32,000 nucleotides of DNA from Mycolicibacterium smegmatis (GTDB lineage Bacteria; Actinomycetota; Actinomycetes; Mycobacteriales; Mycobacteriaceae): the NCBI RefSeq assembly GCF_001457595.1, contig NZ_LN831039.1, positions 2,790,001-2,822,000 of the forward strand, read 5' to 3'. The notes beneath the pieces are model-generated. The model saw nothing but the letters and a program-made list of their open reading frames with translations, was not told the DNA's origin and made no database searches. Both the position numbers and the translations under genes were made by a program. Below are positions 18,776-28,263 of the stretch, piece after piece. Each line of letters starts with the position of its first letter. The first letter of the stretch is position 1.

Positions 18776-19537
18776 CTACTGGGCCCGCAGGACGAGCCCG
18801 TATCCGTCCGCGCCGGTCAGGCGCAGCTCGTCGGAGGAGATCTCGGACTGCACTTTGCCCGTGAGCACCCGCAGCACGGTGCGTTCGACCTGATCTGTGT
18901 CCTGCGGGCACGCCTTGCGTGTCGTTGCCAACGGACCGAACTCGATGATCGCGGGCGTGCCGGAAACCTCGGCATGGCCGTTGAACTGGTTGCAGCCCGT
19001 GAACCCGGTGACGTTGCCGTCCTCGGCGATCGTCAGCGTGGGCTTGGAATTCTCCAGTGCTGTCGATGTGCTGACCGATTGCGGCGACACGAGGCTGGTC
19101 ACCTGCCAGGTGGTTCCCGTCAGCGGCCGATCCGGGTGGACCACCTTCTTGTCCTGCAGTGTGACCGTGGCGTTGTCGGTCTTGAGGACGAGGGTGTCAC
19201 CGTCGAGCGACCACGACGGTTGGGCGTCGAAGAACCGTGACATCCACTGATCGGCATCACCGACCGGTCGCGGGCACGCCATCATCGTGCTGGCGAGTTG
19301 TGTTGCTATGCGGCCGTCCGAGAGGTCGGCCGTCCCCGATCCGTGGTTGCACCCGGCGAACGTGCTGATCTGCCCGCCGTCGAACTGCACGGTCAACGGA
19401 CCGCCTCCGGGAATCTGTTCACCTTCGACCTCCACCGAGACGAACGTGCGGCCGTCGAGGGTTTGATCGTCGGCGTTCACGGTGTTCGCGCACGCCGTGA
19501 GTGCCAGGACCGCGAGCGCTACCGGTACGAGTCGCAT
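18776..19537 (-). CDS. Lipoprotein with two META (HslJ-like) domains
   Basis: Track ORF, 253 aa, with lipobox LALTAC. Two repeats each carry the L-x-G-T/R-x-W/F and GCN-x-x-x-G signatures (FAGCNHGSG, FTGCNQFNG). Confidence 0.75.
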   Translation of the reverse strand: MRLVPVALAVLALTACANTVNADDQTLDGRTFVSVEVEGEQIPGGGPLTVQFDGGQISTFAGCNHGSGTADLSDGRIATQLASTMMACPRPVGDADQWMSRFFDAQPSWSLDGDTLVLKTDNATVTLQDKKVVHPDRPLTGTTWQVTSLVSPQSVSTSTALENSKPTLTIAEDGNVTGFTGCNQFNGHAEVSGTPAIIEFGPLATTRKACPQDTDQVERTVLRVLTGKVQSEISSDELRLTGADGYGLVLRAQ

Positions 19538-19569
19538 AGCTCACCGTAAATCGGTTCCTCCCGTTCCCC

Positions 19570-19591
19570 CGGTAATGAATCGGTAATGACT
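19570..19591. repeat. Tandem direct repeat 2 x 11 bp (CGGTAATGAAT / CGGTAATGACT)
   Basis: Read directly, 10 of 11 identical. It lies in the divergent intergenic region between the META lipoprotein gene and the small secreted protein gene. A third related AATCGGT occurs at about 19550. Confidence 0.6.
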
Positions 19592-19676
19592 TGCGGTTGA
19601 ACCTGCATTCGTGCGCCGTCGTGTCATGAGGTGTCGGCCGTTCTGGCCTCACGGAAGAAACAGCGAAGGAATTGCA

Positions 19677-19988
19677 ATGAAGTCTCTCTTGGTGGTCGCG
19701 TGTGCTTCAGCAGCCGCGGCTGTCGGTACGGTCCTGGGTTCAGCCGGCATCGCTTCCGCCGCGCCGGAGGGTCCGTCGTCGCCGTCGCAGACTGTCAGCG
19801 AGCTTCGGGCACAGGGTTATCACGTCGTGGTCAACACCGTAGGCGCCGGTTCGTTGGACGGCTGTGCGGTGAAGGCGATTCGGCCCGGGCAGACGTTCAC
19901 GCGCACCGACTCGGGATTCCCTGGGGCCATGGACGATCTGCGTACCAGCGTGACGGCGAAGACGGTGTACGTCGACGTCACTTGCTGA
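19677..19988 (+). CDS. Small secreted protein, unknown function (103 aa)
   Basis: Track ORF 19611..19988, trimmed to ATG 19677, which is preceded by a GAAGGA Shine-Dalgarno. The signal peptide is MKSLLVVACASAAAAVGTVLGSAGIASA-AP. The mature part has two Cys, one of them the C-terminal residue. Confidence 0.55.
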   Translation: MKSLLVVACASAAAAVGTVLGSAGIASAAPEGPSSPSQTVSELRAQGYHVVVNTVGAGSLDGCAVKAIRPGQTFTRTDSGFPGAMDDLRTSVTAKTVYVDVTC

Positions 19989-20184
19989 TTCGGGTTATTC
20001 GTCGTCGCCCTCTTCCCGGTGCTCGACGAGATCGCTGCCGTACGTTCGCACATCGCGACATCGTTGTGATGAGTACGCACGGGAGTGGCCCATCCCCGTG
20101 TCCTCGGGGTGATCGCGTGACGGGGCGCCACACCGGCGGACGGTGGGACTCGTACTGTCTGCGTCCGTGGTGTGGGCAGCACGA

Positions 20185-21795
20185 TCATGCTGGGTGACAG
20201 TCTGATTCGCCGTCGTCGCCACTGCCGTTGTTGTTGTGGGTGTCGCCGCTGTTTCTGTCTCCGTTCCCGTTGTGGTGGTTGGTGTCTCTGGTGGTGCTGC
20301 TGGTGGTGTCTCGGGGGTGGTCTGCGGGCTGGGTGTCGGGGTGGTGGTTGGTGTTGGGTTGTTGGTGGTTTTGGTCGAGCAGTTCGGGTGGGATTGCCGG
20401 CTTTTCGCCGTGGTCGTCGTCGGTCTTCTGGTCGCGGTCGAGGTCTGCGAGGAGGGTTTCGGGGTGGTGGTAGGTGTTGGTGCGGTGTTGGCCGCGGTCG
20501 AGTAGTTGCGGTGGGATCCATTCGCATTGGCCGTGGTTGTTGATGCGGGTGGTCCATTTGTTGGGGGCGTCGCCGACGAGGCGGTTGTCACAGCCGCAGG
20601 CCAGGGCCAGAGCGTCGGCGTCGGTGAGTCCGCCCTTGGAGAAGTCGGTGGTGGCGTGGTGGGCTTGGCAGCGGTAGCCGTTGGCGGTGCATCCGGGGCG
20701 GGTGCAGCCGCGGTCGCGTGCCCAGATGGCCAGGCGCTGCCCGGCGGAGGCGGTGCGCCGGGCCCGCCCGAGGTAGAGCGGAACCCCGGTGTGTTCGTCG
20801 TAGACGGCGAGGTAGTGAAGCGCTTGGGAGGCCAGGCGGATCAGGTCGGGGATGGATAGTTTGGTGCCGCCGGCGGTGAGGGCGATCCCGGCGGCTTTTT
20901 CGAGTTCTTGCAGGGTGGTGGTGATCAGCAGGGTGGCGGGCAGGCCGTTGATCTGGCCGAGGTCTTTGTGGGCGAGCAGCAGCCGCATGGCGGTGAGCAT
21001 GGCGTCGTGGCGACGCTCGGACGCGCCGCGCTCGTCGTGGTCGATCTGCTGTTGTGAAGGCGTGCCGGAGACACACGGGGCCTCGTCGGCGGGGTTGCAC
21101 ATGCCGGGTGCGGCCAGTTTTTCCTCGACGGGGTCGAAGGTGGCTTTGAACTCGGCGCTGACCTTGCCGCGCAGGTGATAGGAACCGTCGGGTTGTTGGG
21201 GGCCGAAGGTGATGCCGAACGGCTTGGTGGGTGGGTTGTCGGTGGGGGCGGGCCCGTCTTGGTCGAGCAGGAACACCGCGTGGTCGACGGCTTGGCGCAC
21301 GGTTTCGGGGTCGGCCCCGATGGCGCCGGTGACCAGTTTTTCTTCCAGCCGGCACTGTTCGGCGTAGGTGACCCAGTCGGGGCATTTGGTGAAGAATTTG
21401 AACAGCTCGGTGACGTGGTCGGGGGTCAGGGCGCCGTCGGCTTGGGCGGCGGCGATGTGTTCACGTTTGGGTGCCAAGGCTTCGCCGGTCATCGACACCC
21501 GGGGGCCCAACTCCGCGGCGTCGGCGCAGCGGCGGCGGGCTTCCTTGCTGGAGATGCCCAGGCGGGTCGCCAGCACCAGCGGCCAGGATTTGGCGCCGAT
21601 CGCTGCGGGGGTGGTCTGTTCGCTCAGGGCGGCGATGGCGCGGTGTTCGACGGCGGGGGCCAGGTTGCGGACGTCTTGGATGCCCGCGCACACGTCCAGT
21701 AGGTCGGCGTCGGACAGGGCGGTGTAGGGCAGGGCGAGCACGTCGCGCATCGCGGCGTGCAGCGCCGCGAGTGCTGTGCCTACTTCCGCTGCCAT
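20185..21795 (-). CDS. DUF222 + HNH endonuclease (mycobacterial 13E12-repeat-family type)
   Basis: Track ORF 20185..21825, trimmed to ATG 21793..21795 on promoter geometry. The N-terminal DUF222 region and the HNH region (CTRPGCTANGYRCQAHHATTDFSKGGLTDADALALACGCDNR) are present, with a low-complexity His/Asn/Thr/Asp tail. Confidence 0.85.
   Translation of the reverse strand: MAAEVGTALAALHAAMRDVLALPYTALSDADLLDVCAGIQDVRNLAPAVEHRAIAALSEQTTPAAIGAKSWPLVLATRLGISSKEARRRCADAAELGPRVSMTGEALAPKREHIAAAQADGALTPDHVTELFKFFTKCPDWVTYAEQCRLEEKLVTGAIGADPETVRQAVDHAVFLLDQDGPAPTDNPPTKPFGITFGPQQPDGSYHLRGKVSAEFKATFDPVEEKLAAPGMCNPADEAPCVSGTPSQQQIDHDERGASERRHDAMLTAMRLLLAHKDLGQINGLPATLLITTTLQELEKAAGIALTAGGTKLSIPDLIRLASQALHYLAVYDEHTGVPLYLGRARRTASAGQRLAIWARDRGCTRPGCTANGYRCQAHHATTDFSKGGLTDADALALACGCDNRLVGDAPNKWTTRINNHGQCEWIPPQLLDRGQHRTNTYHHPETLLADLDRDQKTDDDHGEKPAIPPELLDQNHQQPNTNHHPDTQPADHPRDTTSSTTRDTNHHNGNGDRNSGDTHNNNGSGDDGESDCHPA
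20222..20377. other. 156-nt tract with no adenine on the plus strand (no U in the mRNA), lying within a stretch open in all six frames
   Basis: Checked base by base on lines 20221-20341. The tract is flanked by a longer A-poor zone extending to about 20520. Track ORFs in three plus frames and three minus frames all overlap 20236..20473. Confidence 0.9.
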
Positions 21796-21798
21796 GTA

Positions 21799-21814
21799 TC
21801 GAACACTAGTTCGA
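21799..21814. promoter_or_regulatory. LexA SOS box, perfect TCGAAC-N4-GTTCGA
   Basis: The sequence TCGAACACTAGTTCGA matches the mycobacterial SOS box consensus at all 12 specified positions. It lies 4 nt upstream of the HNH ATG and covers the -10 hexamer. Confidence 0.8.
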
Positions 21815-21825
21815 ATCACCGACAA
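21803..21825 (-). promoter_or_regulatory. RecA-independent DNA-damage promoter (RecA-NDp / PafBC-type) driving a leaderless HNH mRNA
   Basis: The minus strand reads TTGTCGGTG-attcgaac-TAGTGT-tcgatac-ATG. This matches the published motif tTGTCRgtg-N8-TAnnnT exactly. The -10 lies 7 nt from the ATG. Confidence 0.7.
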
Positions 21826-21906
21826 GAAACCTCAGTTTGTGACGGGTGTGATCAATGGGTTCACATTGGTCAAAGGTGTTGTTGTACAGCACGGTACAGA
21901 AGAACA

Positions 21907-21922
21907 CTCACCGGTCGGTGAG
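21907..21922 (-). terminator. Hairpin CTCACCG-NN-CGGTGAG followed on the minus strand by a T-rich run (tgttcttctgt)
   Basis: Read directly, with 7-bp arms. There is no minus-strand gene upstream, so its function is unclear. Confidence 0.3.
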
Positions 21923-21937
21923 CGTGCGCCGAGTGCT

Positions 21938-21970
21938 GAAAAAACCCGGCGTGTCCACCGACAAACACGC
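21938..21970 (-). terminator. Hairpin GCGTGT-N10-ACACGC followed on the minus strand by CGGG-TTTTTT
   Basis: Read directly. The T6 run (reverse complement of 21939..21944) is rare in this GC-rich DNA. The stem is only 6 bp. The loop contains a second TTGTCGGTG (reverse complement of 21956..21964). Confidence 0.35.
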
Positions 21971-22035
21971 ACCCTCGCGGTGCCAGGTGCGCAGCGAGGC
22001 GCGAGGCAAGCGCGGTGCAAAGACGTGGCGCATAA

Positions 22036-23257
<1,222 letters not shown>

Positions 23258-23261
<4 letters not shown>

Positions 23262-23713
23262 GCAGGACGCTGCTCGTCGTGCACCACACGCCGTCGCCCG
23301 CGACGCGCGAACTGCTCGAAGCTGTCCTCGCCGGGGCGAAAGATCCCGACATCACCGGAGTCGACGTCGTCACCCGTCCCGCGCTGGCCGCGACGATCCC
23401 GGACATGCTCGACGCCGACGGCTACCTGTTCGGCACCACGGCAAACTTCGGTTACATGAGCGGGGCGCTCAAACACTTCTTCGACACGGTGTACTACCCG
23501 GTGCTTGACCACGTTGCCGGGCGACCGTATGGATTATGGGTGCACGGCAACAACGACACCGTAGGCGCCGCCAATGCCGTGGACCGGATCGTCACAGGGC
23601 TCGCCCTGACCAAGGCCGCCGACACCCTTGAGATCACCGGGGCCGTCGACGCGGCCGTCCGGGAGGCCGCCTACGAGCTCGGCGGCACCCTGGCCGCGAC
23701 GCTGATGGACTGA
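23258..23713 (+). CDS. Flavodoxin-like fold / NAD(P)H-dependent oxidoreductase family protein
   Basis: Track ORF, 151 aa, with a GTGA overlap with the preceding gene. Sequence includes LLVVHHTPSP...YLFGTTANFGYMSGALKHFFD. Confidence 0.6.
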
Positions 23714-23723
23714 AGGAGAGCCG

Positions 23724-24185
23724 ATGCCGGGGATTGCCGAACTCGCCCTGGGCGCCGCGCCGATCGCCGGCGGCGCCATGCTGGGGGTCATCGCGGGCAA
23801 CCTCCGTCCGCCCGACGTGCGGGGCATGATCGCCAAGGACATGGATCTGCTGGAGCGGCTACCCGAAGAAGAAGTCGAGCTGCGCGACAGGCTGCGGGCC
23901 AGCATCAACCAGCGCATCAGCGATCTGGTCACCGCGGGCGAACGCAGCCGCGAGATCCGCCTGGCCGCCACCTCGTATCAGGGGAACTGGCGTGACATCG
24001 TCGTGTTCCTCTGCGCGGTGCTGTTCACGATCGTGTGGTGGAACATCGACCACGACCGGACGAACTGGCTGCCGATGTTCGTCATCATGATCGTGGTCTC
24101 GGTGGTCGCGGGCATCTACGCGGGCCGTGGGATCCTGCGGGCGTTGCAGACATTCGCCCGCAGGAACTCGGACAAACCTCAGTAG
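23724..24185 (+). CDS. Hypothetical membrane protein
   Basis: Track ORF, 153 aa, with an AAGGAG Shine-Dalgarno 6 nt upstream. It has an N-terminal helix, a central charged helix and two C-terminal TM helices. Confidence 0.55.
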   Translation: MPGIAELALGAAPIAGGAMLGVIAGNLRPPDVRGMIAKDMDLLERLPEEEVELRDRLRASINQRISDLVTAGERSREIRLAATSYQGNWRDIVVFLCAVLFTIVWWNIDHDRTNWLPMFVIMIVVSVVAGIYAGRGILRALQTFARRNSDKPQ

Positions 24186-25099
24186 TGATACGTGTCCGAC
24201 GGCGCGGGCACGTGATCCGGATCGTCGTTGCTGTACTCGGGTTCGTGGATGCCGTAGGCGCGTGCCAGGTCCAGGATCTTGTTGGCCCGTGCGATACGCG
24301 GCAGATCTGAGCCGTTGCGGATCTCGCCGCCGTCACGCTGGAACTCGGCGAAGAACTCCTTGGCCCAACTGATCTCATCCTGAGACGGCGACAGGCCCTC
24401 GTTGACCGTCGGGCACTGGTCGGGGGTGAGACAGATCTTGCCGGTCATCCCGAACTCGGCCGACACCGCCGTCGCTTCCGCCAGCTTCAACGGGCTCGAA
24501 CCCACCGTCGGACCGTCGATCGCGCTCGGCAGGTGCGCGGCCTTGGCCGCGATGGTGAACCGGGACCGCGCATAGGCGAGCGTCGCGGGATTCTCACCGA
24601 AACCGGTGTCGCGGCGGAAGTCGCCGATTCCGAACGCGAGCCGGAAGGTGCCCTTGGTCGCCGCGATCTCGGTGATGCGCTCCAGCCCGCGCGCGGTCTC
24701 CACCAGCGCGACGATGGGTACGTCCCGCAGCCGGTTGGCGGTCTCGGTGACATGGTCGACGGATTCGACCATGGCCAGCATGATGCCGCCCACCGACGTG
24801 CCCTTCAGGGTGTCGAGGTCGTCGGCCCACCACGGCGTGCCGAAGCCGTTGACACGTACCCAGTCGGTGTTGCCCTCGGAAAGCCACCGCACCACGTTGT
24901 CTCTGGCCGCGGCCTTGTCCTTGGGTGCCACGGCGTCCTCGATGTCGAGAATCACGATGTCGGCGCGTGAACGCGACGCCGGGGCGAACCGCTCGTACTG
25001 CGCCCCGTTCACCAGCAGCCAGCTGCGTGCCAGCACGGGGTCGATGCGAAATCCCGGAGAAGCGCTGGGGTCCGGGTCATGGATCGGCTGGTCGTACAC
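24179..25099 (-). CDS. HpcH/HpaI aldolase / citrate lyase beta-subunit-like (CitE-like) CoA-ester lyase
   Basis: Track ORF, 306 aa, GTG start, including ADIVILDIEDAV...MLAMVES...ALVETARGL. Its stop overlaps the convergent gene by 7 bp. Confidence 0.8.
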   Translation of the reverse strand: MYDQPIHDPDPSASPGFRIDPVLARSWLLVNGAQYERFAPASRSRADIVILDIEDAVAPKDKAAARDNVVRWLSEGNTDWVRVNGFGTPWWADDLDTLKGTSVGGIMLAMVESVDHVTETANRLRDVPIVALVETARGLERITEIAATKGTFRLAFGIGDFRRDTGFGENPATLAYARSRFTIAAKAAHLPSAIDGPTVGSSPLKLAEATAVSAEFGMTGKICLTPDQCPTVNEGLSPSQDEISWAKEFFAEFQRDGGEIRNGSDLPRIARANKILDLARAYGIHEPEYSNDDPDHVPAPSDTYHY

Positions 25100-25120
25100 C
25101 CGTCAATCGTGGCGCACCGG

Positions 25121-25870
25121 CTAGGCAGACGCCAATGCGGCCCCGAACACGCGCTCGGTGTTCTCCCAGTGACGCTGAGCGGCGGCCTCGTCGTACACCG
25201 AGAGGTGGTCGGGTACCGCGAAGCCGTGGCCGGCCGGATAGAACTCGATGGTGTGCTCGACCGATGCGCCGGACAGTGCGTCTTCGAGCCGTTTGGCGTC
25301 GTCCTCGGTGAACGACGCGTCGTTCTCGGCCCCGGCGACGTAGACGACGGCCTGGATCTTGTCCGCCAGCAGGTGGGGGCTGTCCGGGTCGTCCTCGACC
25401 GCGATCCGTCCGCCGTGGAACGACAACGCCGCCGCGACCCGGTCCGGTACGCGGGTCGCGACGATCAGCGACGCACGTCCACCCATGCAGTAACCGGTGG
25501 TGCCGAACTTTTCACCGGTCACGTCGGGCCGTGCGGCCAGGTAGTCGAAGAACGCCTCGGCGTCCGATGCGATGACCTCCGGGGTGAGGGTCCCCATCAT
25601 CTCGAAGAGCTTCTTGCGCTCGTCCTGATCGCTGAAGACGGTGTTGAGGTTGATCGGACCCCAGTTGGGGATGCGGTAATAGACGTCGGGGACCAGCACG
25701 ACGTACCCGAAGCCGGCCAGCTTGGCCGCCATCTCCTCCATGGTGGGCCGCAGGCCGCCGGCATCCGGGAACAACACGACCCCTGGCCACGGGCCGGAGC
25801 CCTCGGGTGTGGCGACGGTGACGGGGCAGGTGCCATCGGGCGTGGTGATGGTGTCTTTGATCGTCGGCAT
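25121..25870 (-). CDS. Dienelactone hydrolase family protein
   Basis: C-terminal 249 aa of the artefactual track ORF 25121..26926. The ATG at 25868..25870 is preceded by a GGAGG Shine-Dalgarno. Sequence includes GVVLFPDAGG...GTTGYCMGG (nucleophile)...FYPAGHGF. Confidence 0.85.
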   Translation of the reverse strand: MPTIKDTITTPDGTCPVTVATPEGSGPWPGVVLFPDAGGLRPTMEEMAAKLAGFGYVVLVPDVYYRIPNWGPINLNTVFSDQDERKKLFEMMGTLTPEVIASDAEAFFDYLAARPDVTGEKFGTTGYCMGGRASLIVATRVPDRVAAALSFHGGRIAVEDDPDSPHLLADKIQAVVYVAGAENDASFTEDDAKRLEDALSGASVEHTIEFYPAGHGFAVPDHLSVYDEAAAQRHWENTERVFGAALASA

Positions 25871-25912
25871 GGCCTCCGTTCTACTCCGGATCGATGGACG
25901 TAAGCTGAGAGC

Positions 25913-26713
25913 GTGCCGATCGACACGCCGTACGAAGACCTTCTGCGACTGGTGACCGAGCGTGGCACGCCGAAATCCGATCGCACGGGTACCGGGACTC
26001 GGAGCCTGTTCGGGCATCAGATGCGCTACGACCTGTCCGCCGGGTTCCCGCTGATCACCACCAAGAAGGTGCACACCAAGTCGGTGATCTACGAGCTGCT
26101 GTGGTTCTTGCGTGGCGACTCCAACGTGCGCTGGCTGCAGGAACACGGCGTCACGATCTGGGACGAATGGGCCAGCGAGACCGGCGATCTGGGTCCGATC
26201 TACGGCGTCCAGTGGCGGTCGTGGCCCACGCCGTCGGGTGAGCACATCGACCAGATCTCGAGCGCCCTTGAACTGCTCAAGAGCGATCCGGACTCGCGCC
26301 GCAACATCGTCTCGGCGTGGAACGTCGGCGAGATCCCCCAGATGGCGCTGCCGCCGTGCCACGCGTTCTTCCAGTTCTACGTCGCCGACGGCAAGCTGAG
26401 CTGTCAGCTGTACCAGCGCAGCGCCGACCTGTTCCTCGGCGTGCCGTTCAACATCGCCAGCTATGCGTTGTTGACGCACATGATGGCCGCGCAGGCGGGG
26501 CTGGATGTCGGTGAGTTCATCTGGACCGGCGGGGACTGTCACATCTACGACAACCACACCGAGCAGGTGGCCCTGCAGCTCAGCCGCGAGCCCAGGCCGT
26601 ATCCGGAACTTGTTCTCGCACCGCGTGATTCGATCTTCGACTACACCTACGAGGACATCGCGATCGTGAACTACGATCCGCACCCGGCCATCAAGGCGCC
26701 CGTCGCGGTATGA
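25913..26713 (+). CDS. thyA: Thymidylate synthase (ThyA)
   Basis: Track ORF, 266 aa, including [12 protein letters not shown]...[12 protein letters not shown]...[24 protein letters not shown] (25901..25906) lies 6 nt upstream of the GTG with no Shine-Dalgarno. Confidence 0.97.
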   Translation: MPIDTPYEDLLRLVTERGTPKSDRTGTGTRSLFGHQMRYDLSAGFPLITTKKVHTKSVIYELLWFLRGDSNVRWLQEHGVTIWDEWASETGDLGPIYGVQWRSWPTPSGEHIDQISSALELLKSDPDSRRNIVSAWNVGEIPQMALPPCHAFFQFYVADGKLSCQLYQRSADLFLGVPFNIASYALLTHMMAAQAGLDVGEFIWTGGDCHIYDNHTEQVALQLSREPRPYPELVLAPRDSIFDYTYEDIAIVNYDPHPAIKAPVAV

Positions 26714-26735
26714 GGGCTGTTTGCAGGTCCGAATC

Positions 26736-27206
26736 ATGAGTATGAGGTTGATCTGGGCCCAGTCGACCTCAGGGATCATCGGCCGGGACAGCTCCATTCC
26801 CTGGCGCCTGCCCGAGGACCTCGCGCGGTTCAAGGAGCTGACCATGGGCCATCCGGTGGTGATGGGACGGCTCACGTGGGAGTCGCTGCCCGCCTCCGTG
26901 CGCCCGCTGCCGGGACGCCGCAACATCGTCGTGACCCGTGACGCCGACTACCGTGCCGAGGGCGCCGAGGTGGTCACCGACCTCCCCGACGAACCCGATG
27001 CGTGGGTGATCGGCGGCGCCCAGATCTATGCACTGGCACTGCCGCGGGCCGACCGCTGTGAGGTCACCGAGGTCGATGCCGACCTGACGCCCCTAGACGG
27101 TGATGCGCGCGCACCGGTGCTCGACGACTCGTGGGTCGCGACGACGGGTGAGTGGCAGACGAGTACATCAGGCCTGCGTTTCCGGTTCTGCAGCTATCGG
27201 CGCTGA
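26736..27206 (+). CDS. dfrA: Dihydrofolate reductase
   Basis: Track ORF 26721..27206, including [48 protein letters not shown]. The start is ATG 26736 or ATG 26742; I cannot decide between them. Confidence 0.92.
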   Translation: MSMRLIWAQSTSGIIGRDSSIPWRLPEDLARFKELTMGHPVVMGRLTWESLPASVRPLPGRRNIVVTRDADYRAEGAEVVTDLPDEPDAWVIGGAQIYALALPRADRCEVTEVDADLTPLDGDARAPVLDDSWVATTGEWQTSTSGLRFRFCSYRR

Positions 27207-27282
27207 CCGTCGCGAATTCCCAGCGAGACCACCACCAGGCTCGGTACATTGTTCCGGGGTCAGCTGGAGAGGGGCTCCGCCC

Positions 27283-27927
27283 ATGACTGAGTCTTCGATT
27301 CGTGTCGTCCTGCGTGAGCGCGCGAGTCTGCAGCCCAATGACACCGCGTTCACATTCGTTGATTACGAGCGGGATTGGGAAGGCGTCGCCGAAACCCTGA
27401 CATGGGCACAGCTGTACCGACGATCCCGCAAACTTGCAGTTGAGCTGGGTCGTCACGGGTCGACTGGTGACCGGGCGGTGATTCTGGCGCCGCAGGGCCT
27501 CGACTACATCGTGGTGTTCCTGGGTGCATTGGAAGCGGGATTCATCGCCGTTCCACTATCTGTCCCGACGGTCGCCGTTCACGATGAGCGCGTCACGGCC
27601 GTGCTGCGGGACGCGGCACCTTCGGTGATTCTCACGACTTCGGCCGTCGCACAGGATGTCGCCCCTTATCCGGGCATGATCGCCGACTTGTCCGCCCCCA
27701 CGATCATCGAGATCGATTCACTCGACCTGGATTCCGCCGGGGAGTCCGGTGGCCTGCCCCATGACCGACCGGACATCGCGTATCTGCAGTACACCTCGGG
27801 GTCGACACGCACGCCGACCGGCGTGATGGTCTCCAACGGCAACCTGTCGGCGAATTGGGAACAGATCATCGCCGGCTATCTCCCGGATTTCCGGATGCCG
27901 CAGACCGCCACGTCGTGGCTGCCGTGA
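27283..27927 (+). pseudogene. Fatty-acyl-AMP ligase (FadD/FAAL family), 5' fragment truncated by an IS end
   Basis: ATG 27283 (part of track ORF 27100..27927). The adenylation motif LQYTSGSTRTPTGVMVS is present. The frame ends after ...TSWLP at a TGA (27925..27927) that is the first 3 nt of the IS3 terminal repeat. Only about 214 codons remain of a family that is normally well over 500. Confidence 0.8.
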
Positions 27928-27954
27928 TCCGCCCCGGCATGTCGGGAGGTTCTC

Positions 27955-28263
27955 TTATCTGAGTGCCTCCTCGGCATGAGGGTGCCGTTGGCGATGGTAG
28001 TAGAGCGCTTCGGCCCGATCGGGGGTCAGGTCCTGGCAGTAGCCGTTGGGTCGCTGACGGTTGTAGAAGGCCACCCATTCGGCGGTCCCCAGCGCCAGTT
28101 CGGTGGCACCGGGATAGAGCGGCTGGCGGTCGATGAGTTCGGTCTTGTAGCTGCTGTTCACCGATTCGGCCAGAGCATTATCGAAACTATCCCCGACGGA
28201 TCCGACTGAAGGCAGGATCCCCTCAGCGGCCAGACGTTCGGTGAACGCGACCGCGGTGTATTG
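27955..28263 (-). pseudogene. IS3 transposase OrfB, C-terminal fragment
   Basis: Part of track ORF 27955..28290. The native sequence starts at ...QYTAVAFTERLAAEGILPSVGSVGDSFDNALAESVNSSYKTELI (rve/DDE region). Residues upstream of Q derive from the IS30 end. Confidence 0.8.

Noticed and set aside
20172-20591. Five extra ORFs overlapping the HNH tail: plus-strand 20172..20543, 20228..20473 and 20236..20505; minus-strand 19995..20591 and 19820..20557. Also G-run clusters that might form a G-quadruplex.
   Set aside because: The ORFs are a by-product of the adenine-free composition and translate to Cys/Trp/Gly/Arg-rich or Thr/Pro-rich nonsense. The G-runs need loops longer than 7 nt for a canonical G4, so I do not call one.
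21808-21820. tRNA T-loop-like string GTTCGAATC, raising the possibility of a tRNA gene or tRNA-derived attB next to the HNH gene
   Set aside because: The flanking bases cannot form a T-stem, and no acceptor, D or anticodon arms could be found. The string is simply one half of the LexA box.
21847-21865. CRP-like inverted repeat TGTGA...TCACA upstream of the HNH promoter
   Set aside because: The spacer is 9 nt, not the 6 nt of the CRP/Rv3676 consensus. Five-bp arms are expected by chance in an AT-richer stretch.
25871-26926. N-terminal 350 aa of the 601-aa minus-strand ORF 25121..26926
   Set aside because: Only the last 249 codons (from ATG 25870, which has a GGAGG Shine-Dalgarno) look like a dienelactone hydrolase. 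The upstream part is antisense to thyA and dfrA.
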